DNA of 64,000 nt from the human T2T-CHM13v2.0 reference genome, Homo sapiens: the NCBI RefSeq assembly GCF_009914755.1, contig NC_060946.1; one strand, written 5' to 3'. Shown here piece by piece: positions 32,921 through 43,222 of this stretch. The translations under genes were made by a program, and so were the position numbers. Below the pieces are notes generated by a model that was given only the letters and a program-made list of their open reading frames with translations, did no database searches and was not told the DNA's origin. Every line of letters starts with the position of its first letter. Positions within the stretch are counted from its first letter, which is position 1.

Positions 32921-33984
32921 TGGCCAGCAGTAGAAACATGAAAAAGGGAAAGGTAGCAGGGCAGACTCCGGCAGTGCCCATTTCTAATACTATCGAAAGG
33001 AGGGAGAGTCTTGGCTTAGGGACACAAAGTCCCATCGGCAAGGCTGACCCCATGGTGGACATGGGGTCACCGTGCTCTCTTAGATCCCTGCTGTCCCTCC
33101 TCCCACAAGTATTTGAGTGCTCACTCTATAAGGTGCTATGCTAGAGATTACGGATCCTGATGAATAAGGCAGACATAGCCCCTGCTCTCACAGAACTGAA
33201 AAAGAGTAAACAACAGAGTATATAAAATCTTCTAATTAAAATTGTAGTAAATGCTTAAATGAAAATGTCGGGTATAATGAGAATGTATAAATGGGCATAA
33301 GGGGTAGGGAAACCTATGCTGGGAGTTGTAGAGGCTTCCTTAAGGAGAGAATATTTGAGCTGAGCTCAGAGGATGAGGAGAATTAAGCTGCCAAAGGCTA
33401 CCCCAGGCAGTATGCACAAAGGTCTTCAGCAGCCCTTGGTGGAGAAGATCTCTCAGATGGTCCTCCTGCCTTCCCTTGTTCAGGTCCCATGCTTCTTGTC
33501 AACCTTTCTAACTATCATTTGGTTGCTCATGTAAATATACTTGAAGATAGAGAATGTACATAATACCTGGCATTCTAGTTTGTACAATTTTCTTTGAGCT
33601 TGGTTAATGAAAGTTCGCTTCCAAGAGGCAAACCCTCTTTGGGCATGTTAGCAACATCAGTCAGGTTTTCAAACTTAGAAGGCCATACTTCAGAGCTTGC
33701 CCTCAGTTCTGGGACAGTAGGGGCTATGTCTCCTTGTTCATCAGGATCCTTAATCTCTATCATAGTACCTTATACACAGTGAGCACTCAAAATACCTGTG
33801 GAAGGAGGGACAGTGGGGGGACTAAGAGAACTTGGCGACTGCATGCCCACCATGGGATCAGCCTTTTCAGTGGGACCTTGTGTCCCTAAACCAAGATTCT
33901 CTCTCCCTTTCATAGTGTTAGAAATGAACACTGCCAAAGTCTGCCCTGCTGGCTCTCCTACTTTTGGGTTTCTATTGCTGGCCA
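32921..33984. repeat. About 280-bp imperfect inverted repeat (arms 32921-33199 and 33703-33984, about 500-bp spacer)
   Basis: The reverse complement of the right arm aligns end to end with the left arm (roughly 80% by eye). ORFs 32866+ and 33770- give homologous peptides (LGLGTQ.P..KADPMV). Confidence 0.93.
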
Positions 33985-35487
33985 GCCATGCCCCTCTAAC
34001 TCTCACTTTGGACATGCAATACCTTTGGTCAGGTTATAGTCTAATCACACTGGCCTAAATTTCTGTCTGCCGAAGCAGCTTTGTATACCTCTGGTCTAAT
34101 GTCTAACCTAGTTTATTATGGTCATTTATAATTTCAATCTCAGAGGGCAGTGTTACTTCCAAGTTCTTGGGAGTTACCACCCTGTCAACCCCTGTAATTG
34201 CCAAACTGTTGCCTGGGTTGTTAAGGACGGGGATACTTCAGGATGCACAGCAGTCACAGGATAAATAAGAGAAGCACGTGTGCAAGTGGCTAAAGCCTGT
34301 TCCTACTTCATAAAAACAGAAGCTAGAAATGAAATTCTTATATTTGGCTACTTTCTCAAAATATGATATTAATTTTGAAAATTAAAAACAGAACAAGCAC
34401 TGGCCTGGAAGTCTGGGTGAGATGTAGACTGTTTTGATCCTGGCTCTGACACTAACTTGGCTGTCAGCAAGTCCTATTTCAGTGTTAACTTCTGTTAAAT
34501 GAAGGGGTTGGACTAGATGACTACTACAGCCCCTTCCAATATTGACATTAAATTATTCAATAATCATTTTTCACCTAAGAACTCTTTCTTCCCCAACTTA
34601 ATAAGCACCCCAAAGATCAGTCCAGCTGCTGGCAGCAACCACCGCATGCTTGGGAATTTGGGTGAAGCATCTCTAAATAAATCACAGAATTACCTAAGGA
34701 TTTTCATGATTACAAATGAAATCATTCAGGAGATGAGCAGAGATTCTTGGGACCTGATACAAGCTAACATAGCAGATTCTCTGACACACAGATCTTCCGA
34801 ACCCTTGGTAATCACTGGATGGAGAACAGAGATGCCTGGGAAATCTGGTTACAACCCAGCTCTAAGATACCCTCTTCCTTTGATTTCCCCTAGAAGCAGG
34901 GTGCTTGTGGAAATTATTTTTTTCATATGTAAAATAGTCAATCATTATGATAAAATGTTTCCATAAGCTTATACCTTTTACAACCTTTGCAAAAAGCAGT
35001 TCCCTTATCTATTCTTCATATTTGAGAGTTCAGCTCCTTTCACCTCACCCCTCAGGCTCACAGATCTGTGCACATATCCTGTCACTGGTACTAAATTACT
35101 CTCTCAAATAGGCGTTCAGCTACAGTACAAACAAACTCATTATAATTTGTTTATAACAAAAAATAATCTCAGTTTTAATTGGCTGGTATGTTAAATTCAA
35201 AGCCATGTTTATGTTTAAACAGTTTACAAATCCTGCTTACAGAATGGGCATGTCTGATGAGGCCCTTCCCCATCTGATGGAAAATCACCAAAAAGAATAA
35301 AGACAGACCACTAAGGGGCTTACACTCCAGAGACACATATTTGTTTCTGCTGCAGCAGCTGTGAACAGACTGAGCGCAACTACATGAATTCCAAAAGATT
35401 TCTTCTGTTAGCTCAAATAGGATGTTTACAAAAAATAATACCCTGAGATTTATCTGAAAATGGACTTGGGGATGTTTTACTACCTAC

Positions 35488-35653
35488 CTTGAGTAGTGAG
35501 ACTCCACCCCCAGGGCCTCCCGGACACTGGCAATGTGCTGCTCCAGGGCTGAGCCGGTTGCTGTTGGAAGGGTTACACTGCTGCTGGCCTGGAAGTCACT
35601 TGAGTTTTCCACTGTGTTCTCACCCAGGTAGTGTTCATGAAACTTCACAATTC
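35488..35653 (-). CDS. TTC28: TTC28 coding exon, 166 nt (probably exon 12)
   Basis: Encodes IVKFHEHYLGENTVENSSDFQ...ALGVESHYS(R). Acceptor gcttcAG at 35654-35655, donor AAG|GTAGGT at 35486-35487. Ends in phase 2; the following intron runs past position 1. Confidence 0.94.
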
Positions 35654-37597
35654 CTGAAGCAAAACAGGCACAGCCAACATTATACACAATTAGGGTCAGA
35701 GAAAGGAGAAGTTGAAGGCAGGGGACAGGAATGCCAATGGTATGTGACTTCTTTGACAAGCATGCCATCCTGCAAACCCTGTCAAAAAATCCTGAAATCC
35801 AAGGTCTCAAGAGGGCTTTCTCTATTTTGGTCAGTATCCTTTTCACAGCTTTTACCATTAGGTGTGGGGCTTGAAACCAGGGAATTCAAGATACAGCCTC
35901 AGAAGCTCCTGGAATTATGACTACTTCATATGTGTTTCAAAACAGATGCTTCTTAGAAGCACCAACTAGGGAAAGTCTCCTTTCAGGAATAGTGCATGAG
36001 TATGCCAGGATATATTCCTTATAGAAATTGAAATCCCAAAGACAAATATAATTGACCAAGTGGAAATTGTGTTCCAACAGAGCTTTCATTTCACAAAAGC
36101 AAATTATAATAAATATGTAGTATAAAGGCCAGATAAAAACATTTTAAACCATTTTTAAATAAGACTAACTGGTCAATGGTCATTAATGAATTAAAGGAGC
36201 AAAAAATGATGGGTGCATGAAATTGAGGCAGTCCACAGTGGTTTTCTGGCGATAAATAGGATATATTCTCAAATGGTAATGAGGTGTGTCAGCTCTGGAA
36301 AACGCCGGTCCTCTCTGATTGGATTAGCGCCCCCAGTGAAAGCTTCAGAGCCTCATTAAGAGCAAAAAGGAACGGAAAAAGAAACAATAGAAGCCTCATT
36401 ATACATGGCTCATTATTACAGGAATTCCGATATACCACCTGTCAAATCATGTCCCCAAGATGTAACAACCACAGAGAGAAGGAGTTTGATACCTCCCAGT
36501 CATCAACTGTGTCCTCACGAGTATCAGTACCACTCTGGGAGCTGGGATCCACAAAGATTCCACTGTAGCCAACATTTATTAACCAAGTCACTGTAAAAAT
36601 CACAATTTAAAACCTTTAGCATTAAAAAGGTCAGCGGTAAGAACATTCTTTGTGGAAAGCCCATAAAGAACATGGAACTAAAGGGAAAAAATTATTAAAA
36701 ACAATGCCGAGGCATAGAATGTATACGCACAAATGCTCAGAGCCTAAAAGCATCTGGGAGCTGTCATCCAGCCATCATTTTTTTTTTTTTTAAATCAAAG
36801 GCATAGAAACATAATCAAGAAAATCTTGTCAATTCTCGCTGGCAGTTAAAGTTTTTGAAACTGGCTTACAGATATTCAAGAAGCTCATTCTTTAAGATTA
36901 CCAATTATAAGATCCACTTCCCCAGTCAATAAACTCTAATTGGATCTGGTGTGTCTCCAACTTGGTAAAGCCATCAGCATTTTATTATGCAAAAAATATG
37001 GCCCTAACAGCTAATTAGTGTTTCTGTATTTAGTGAAACTGTTACAGCCTGAACATTTAATGCTGATTTAATCAAAGGAGATTTTTACTTCTGAAATAGA
37101 TTTACAGCAGAACTGGTTAAAAATGGGTTCTGTTAAACTCAGAAATTTCAAGCATAAGACTTATTTATAACCTGTGATAGAGCTGCCATTATCATTTTAG
37201 TCTCTTTAACTTTGCCATGACAAAGGGTCACAATTATTAAACCATGTCTAGAAAGAATTCGTTAGGACTTGCAGTCATCACTTTATTAGCTAATGAACAA
37301 CAGCTGCCTACACACAGGGCTGCTAGTGAAATTAATTCTTCTGCTTTTAGTCTTCCTTGATAAATGCTTCCACATTCAACAGTGAGGAGCAGCAATTTCT
37401 TGGGGAAATGAGAAAGCTGGGCTGTCTTATTATCTGAATGCCCCACCACGGCATATCCACTGCGGCTGAGGTTTTGCTAAAATCTGACATCAGTTCCTTA
37501 GTATGATCTATGATAATGCACCTATTCCACCTCTATTCATTAGACTTTCACAGGTCTAGTCTTCTAATTGCCCTGTTCCCACAGAAAGAGATCTTAC

Positions 37598-37816
37598 CTG
37601 CCCCAGGAGCCAGCAGCCAGCTATACAGATAGCCTGCAGCCAGGGAATAGTAAAGCACTAGTCCCCTCTGGCCATTTACCATCTCTAAGATCTGATCAAT
37701 AGTGACTGGGGAGTAGGGGTCGGAGTCTTGTTGTCCTGTTTGTCGTTCCACCAGAAGATCAGCAAATGCCCTTGTCCGTCCCCTTTCTGCCACAGCCAGG
37801 GCTTCATCATGATGGC
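37598..37816 (-). CDS. TTC28: TTC28 coding exon, 219 nt (probably exon 11)
   Basis: Encodes HHDEALAVAERGRTRAFADLLVERQ...YSWLLAPGA. Acceptor ctcctAG at 37817-37818, donor CAG|GTAAGA at 37596-37597. Confidence 0.94.
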
Positions 37817-38216
37817 CTAGGAGACAAAGAGATATGCCGAGGAGTCCATAGTGAGTGTGCTTACTTAGAGAGGCCTATCAGGGACGGCCATCAAATCCTG
37901 GGCAGAAACCTCACTGCCTCTACTCTCCAATATGTGACAGAATCTCAGTCACACTGCTTCAGATTCAATTCCCTGCCTCAGATGGTGGGTGCAGTGTCCT
38001 GCATGACTGATTCCACACTACCCTAAGCCATCAGACCTTCGCCTGTCTTGCAGCCAGCGCCACAAAAGAGCTGATCCAATTCAGTGCACTTGTCCTTAGC
38101 CCTGCTCCATCTCTGCTCCACCTCCTGAGTTGCTCCCTAACCTGGCTTTTTTTTTTCTAACCTCCTGCCTGGCTTCTGACACCAGGTTTATTGGTGTCAC
38201 TTGGCTCTCTACGTGT

Positions 38217-38476
<260 letters not shown>

Positions 38477-39837
38477 TGTCTATGCGTCTTCTGACTCTCT
38501 CTCCTCCCTCCATGCAGCCCCTCTATGCATAACATTGTCCAGCCTTATGCATTTCTCTCCAAATTATACCTCCATCCCTTTAAGCATGCCAGTCCCTCTC
38601 CTGGGCGTGCCCTTTTCCCTTTCACTGGCCTTGTCTCAAGAAGAGGGATGCTAACAGTTGTCCTGCCTATCGCAAAGGGCTATTTTAAAGATTAAATGAA
38701 GCACTACATGTAAAGATGGCTGGCAGGCCTACTTACATCACTACATGTATAACAGGTAGTAGTAATGTTGTTGGAGCTGATGTCTCATTCCATTCTGGGC
38801 TCCAACACACTTTTTTCCTTATCCCCATGGGAAAAGAGTTTAACCTCTAAGGTCTCTAGTTCTTTAAAATTGCTTCTCTATCTCAAGCTTTTCCCATCTT
38901 TTAATCGAATTTTGAATCCCACTTTCCTTAAGGAACTGGTCTATAATCTAGTTTAAAAGCTAATGTACCAATCTGAAACCACAAAAAATGTAAAGGAATT
39001 GTTTATAAGTGCTGAAGGAACACAATGCAGCGGATTTACTTTTGTCATAAATGTAAATATGGAAGAGTTACTATAACCAGAGTCCAAAGAAAGCAGACAG
39101 AAGCAGACCAGATGCTGCAGCTGTGACAGCACTTCAAGGATGCCTTGCTTCCTGCAGTTTGGGTATCAGAAGCAAGTGGAGATTTGTATGTGTGTATGTA
39201 AATGTCTCCTTTTACTCTATTAAGTTATTAACTGGAACAGCAGGAACAATTTCTGTGCACACGGGAAAATCGGCCCCTAGGTGCTAGACAGACTTAACAC
39301 TGTGATTATAATAGATAATAAACTGTAATCCCAGGCAATGAACACATTTAATAGATAAATTTTTCAAGAGGAAATTTGAGTCCTTCCTATACATACAGCA
39401 AAAGACAGGTTATCGAAAAGGCCTCAACATCCAAATTCAAAGCCTTTGTTAGTTCCAATAAATATCTCCTGGGAAGAGGCAGATGACGGAGAGCTGGAAG
39501 GGACTGGCTGACTAGTTAAGGCCCGGGTGAAAGAAGATGCATGCTGCCCCACTGTGATGGGGCACATAGGCTTGGGAGAATCATCACTGACTATGCCACA
39601 GCCTAGGAGGCAGACCCAGGTGGCAGAAACATTTATTAGACAGCAACCTTGAAAGATGTGTGGATGAGGAAATAGACAAGAGGCCAGGTGTCTTCTCAGG
39701 TACTTCCTCTTAGTCAGATGCTTGAACCACACGCTAGTGGTGAGAGGGAACCTAGGGAGGGAACCTGGTTCAAGCATCCCTGTCTCAAGGACACTTTCTC
39801 TGGCTCCCGGACCCACCAGACAAGAGACTTTGTTTCA

Positions 39838-39962
39838 GGCTGGGTGTCATGGTTCTCACCTGTGATCCCAGCCCTTTGGGAGGCCAAGGCAGGAGCATTG
39901 CCTGAGCCCAGGAGTTCGAGACCAGGCTGGGCAACATAGTGAGACCTCATCTCTATTTAAAC
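39838..39962 (+). mobile_element. FLAM_C / Alu left monomer
   Basis: ggctgggtgtcatgg...gagcccaggagttcgagacc...catctcta. Confidence 0.85.
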
Positions 39963-40322
39963 TTTTTTTTTTTTTTAAGAGACTTTATTTCCACAGCATC
40001 TGAGTTTATCCTAGTGCCAATCAGCACTGTACTGGACTCACTGACTTATGTCTCTCCACAAGCTAAGCTTCTTGGGGTCAGGAACCAGGACTTCTTGACT
40101 GTAACCCCCAGGGCAGGCACTCAGCACATGGTAGGAGCTCTACTAATCTTTGTTGAATAAATGAATGAATGTTCATTGACTGGTTGTAGTTGTGGCTTCA
40201 CAGTCTGTTGTCACAACAAATCATATTTCTTCACCGCTGTCACTAAACAACTTGGACACATGGACGCGCACCCGTGCGCACTAGTGCACACGTAAGCAAG
40301 GAGTAACCCCAGCTGTTCTCAC

Positions 40323-40452
40323 CTAGGCTGACGAGCACCCGCTGCAAGGCCTGGTAGGATGATGTCTGCAGGTCAAAGAGGGAGAGTTTGTAGTCCGTGC
40401 TCAGCTGTGCCTCATGTCGGATTGTTTCAAACAAGGCTGATGCCCTATAAAG
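40323..40452 (-). CDS. TTC28: TTC28 coding exon, 130 nt (probably exon 10)
   Basis: Encodes LYRASALFETIRHEAQLSTDYKLSLFDLQTSSYQALQRVLVSL. Acceptor ccttgcAG at 40453-40454, donor TAG|GTGAGA at 40321-40322. Confidence 0.94.
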
Positions 40453-40595
40453 CTGCAAGGAGGGAGGAAGAACATCATCCATTCCCCAGAAACCAATGTC
40501 CAGCTGTTTACAGACTAGAGACAACTTTTGCTCATATCTTTGTGCACAACCTAAATATTTTTTACAGATTTGAAAGGAAGAGTCTGATGTCCAGG

Positions 40596-40958
40596 TGTAA
40601 GGAAAAATGGATGTGCTGCGGTCAAGAATAGGCCGAGGCAGACATCCAGTCCAGCATGACTCAGTGAGTTTGGAGCACAGGCTCACAACTCCACTCATCA
40701 TGTAACGACACCATGTGAGGCGCATTAGGTGATCACCCATGTGAGCTCGTCCTTAGCTCAGAGCCACTATTGTCTTTAAAAGGTATAATTACCCTGCTAA
40801 CGCCGTATATATGGCTTGTGCCCACAGCTCGTGCCTGGTCTCACTAGCGCCCAGAGTGAGTAAAGCCATGGTGAAACTGTCTACGCTTCCTCGAGTGTTT
40901 TTCCAGCTACCTGCCACTCGCCCACTGACTTCCCTCGGACCTCAGTTAGAACCTGACA
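40596..40958 (+). mobile_element. Solo ERVL LTR (LTR18-like), 363 bp
   Basis: TG...CA termini (tgtaagg...aacctgaca), 5-bp TSD ccagg at 40591-40595 and 40959-40963, AP-1 motif TGACTCA at 40657-40663. Family assignment from memory. Confidence 0.8.
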
Positions 40959-41581
40959 CCAGGTAGGTCCTTGTGGACCTAAAAAGGCATCAGATCATGC
41001 CCAGTAAATTACAGTTTATATAATCGATTTTTGACAGACAAAGGGATCTAAAAGACAGGAATTAGAGACTTACGGTCTTAAAGATATTAAAACAGATATT
41101 AATCCACCAAGTGCTGATTTTTATTAAAACAAAAAGCCTCTCCTCTTGTCATCAGGCAACCACAATTCACCACCCTCGTGCCTCATGGTGAGTAAGGATG
41201 GGAGTGAGAACAGGTATGGTGAAGGCATCCCGGAAATGGACGAGCCTGAGGGGAAGAGAGCGCCACACTCTCTGAAGGGCGATAGCTCTTTGCAGATGGT
41301 TCAGTGTCCCAGGCTCAGATCATCACTGGGCAAGCTCCTCAAGGAGCCATGCCCACTCACATAGACATTCTGAGGACCAGACAATTGCCATTCCTAACGG
41401 AGACATTGTCCTGATGCTCTAACAGGCTCCTCCATCAGTGAGGCCATCAGACTTTTCTGACTCTGATATTTTCCTTTTTTTTCCCCCTCATGCCACACTG
41501 TCTAAGATGACTCTGATATTTACATGCTGGAAACTCAGTATCAAATTTTAAATTTATCCAAACTTCAGAATTCTAAGACTA

Positions 41582-41614
41582 CTTGCTTCTCGGCCTTTTG
41601 GCTAAGATCAAGTA
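41582..41614 (+). pseudogene. 3'-truncated, tailless U2 snRNA retrocopy (about U2 nt 1-33)
   Basis: gcttctcggccttttggctaagatcaagt matches the U2 5' end. 16-bp TSD cagaattctaagacta at 41566-41581 and 41615-41630; no poly(A). Confidence 0.93.
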
Positions 41615-42578
41615 CAGAATTCTAAGACTAAGAGACATAGACCCGGAGAGCGCTAAGAGAATGTGTTCCTAACTCTGCCACTAATTGGCTGTGTGACTTT
41701 TGGCAAGATTCAGAGACTCAATTTCTTCCTCTCTATAAAGAGGATAGTTTCTACCTCACAGGGTTATTTTAAGGATCAAATTCACTGAGCTATAATAAGT
41801 ACTTTGAAAATTGCAAATCACAATATCAACACAGGTTTTACTTTTTATAACCAGGAAATTAGAGAATTAATCCTTTACATTGTCTTTAATCATTTTAAAA
41901 GTACAGTAAAACACCCTAACATTCTAGAACGCTATGGTGCAAATTCAGTCACATCTCTTCAACTCTTGTGAGCACCTCTGGATAGGAGTCTGGATGTCCT
42001 TATCCTTGCTCCCCTCTGTCTAGCACAATGTCCTCTGCAGTCACCACTCACATGCTCGCTATCTGGATGAGTGCGTGATCTTAGATGCAGCCATCTCACT
42101 ACTACTCCAACCTAACAGAGGAGGCCTATAACTCGAGGGATCTTTCTACTCTCCAGGGCCAGCATGACAAGGGACTTTCCTTCAACTACTTGCATATATG
42201 CAGAAATATGGCCTTATTGTAAAAGAGGGAGAGAGAGAAGTTATATCTATTAATATATCTAGAAACATGAAATTTAATTATGAATTTTTGTTTTACTTGT
42301 CATGAGATGAATATAATTTCATATCAATGTTTAATGGGGAGCAATAGCAGTTAATATAAAAATTCTTAAGAAATTGAGAAATCTATCACATGAGTGAGCA
42401 AAAATCTTTACTAATTGTTCAAATACTTCTGGGCTAGTACAGGCGGGAAATCATACACATTAGCCCAAGGGTAGAAGTCAGTGCCTCTTGTAAATGCCAT
42501 CACTACTAGGACAGTAATCCTAAAGTCTCCCATGCTTCTGGAAACAAAAAATCCACTTCAGTCAGGGGTTCTGCTTAC

Positions 42579-42688
42579 CTGGTGTTGGGCCTCCTCCAAG
42601 TTTCCACTAGCCCAAAGGGAGAGGCCAAGGCCATGGCGAATTTTTGCCTCATCTTCTCTTCGGCCCAGTTGCTCAGCTAACCTTAAAC
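42579..42688 (-). CDS. TTC28: TTC28 coding exon, 110 nt (probably exon 9)
   Basis: Encodes LRLAEQLGRREDEAKIRHGLGLSLWASGNLEEAQHQ. Acceptor tttcAG at 42689-42690, donor CAG|GTAAGC at 42577-42578. Phases fit neighbouring exons. Confidence 0.93.
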
Positions 42689-42769
42689 CTGAAACCAGAT
42701 AGAGAAATTTAAGGAAACATAGAAGATGGATAATTCCACTATCCTAAGGAGTCCTGAAGGGTCATTTTA

Positions 42770-43063
42770 CTTTTGTGTTTTTGTTTGTTTTGAGACAGGG
42801 TCTCACTCTGTTCCCCAGACTGGAGTGCAGTGGCAGCTCACTGCAGCCTGCACCTCCCCAGGCTCAGGTGATCCACCTCAGTCAGCCTCCGGAATACCTG
42901 GGACTACGGGCACGGGCCACCACAACCCGGCTGGCTTTTGTATTTTTTGGTACGGACAGGGTTTCACCATGTTGCCCAGGCTGGTCTCCAGCTCCTGATC
43001 CACCCACCTCAAGTGATCCACCCACCCCGGTCTCCTAAAGCACTGGGATAGCACTGCTCCCAC
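42770..43063 (-). mobile_element. AluJ with a small internal duplication (tgatccacccacc twice)
   Basis: Dimeric Alu in reverse orientation with a (TTTG)n tail. Confidence 0.88.
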
Positions 43064-43104
43064 CCAATTTTGCTTCAGGTGTCTATAAAAGAATGTTAAC
43101 AAGA

Positions 43105-43186
43105 GCCACTCAGGAGGCTGAGGCAGGAGGACTGCTTAAGCCCAGGAGTAAGAATCTAGCCTGGGCAACTTAGTGAGACCCATCTC

Positions 43187-43220
<34 letters not shown>
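43105..43220 (+). mobile_element. Alu monomer fragment (FLAM-like) with A30 tail
   Basis: actcaggaggctgaggcaggagg...gtgagaccccatctc followed by poly(A). Confidence 0.85.

Positions 43221-43222
<2 letters not shown>

Noticed and set aside
34517-34966. 149-aa plus-strand ORF
   Set aside because: It starts in MIR-like sequence, has no recognisable domain and has no supporting splice or promoter signal; likely chance.
40256-40293. Nested short palindromes (gtgcgcactagtgcac) near the 130-nt exon donor
   Set aside because: Too short to distinguish from a decayed (CA/TG)-type low-complexity tract.
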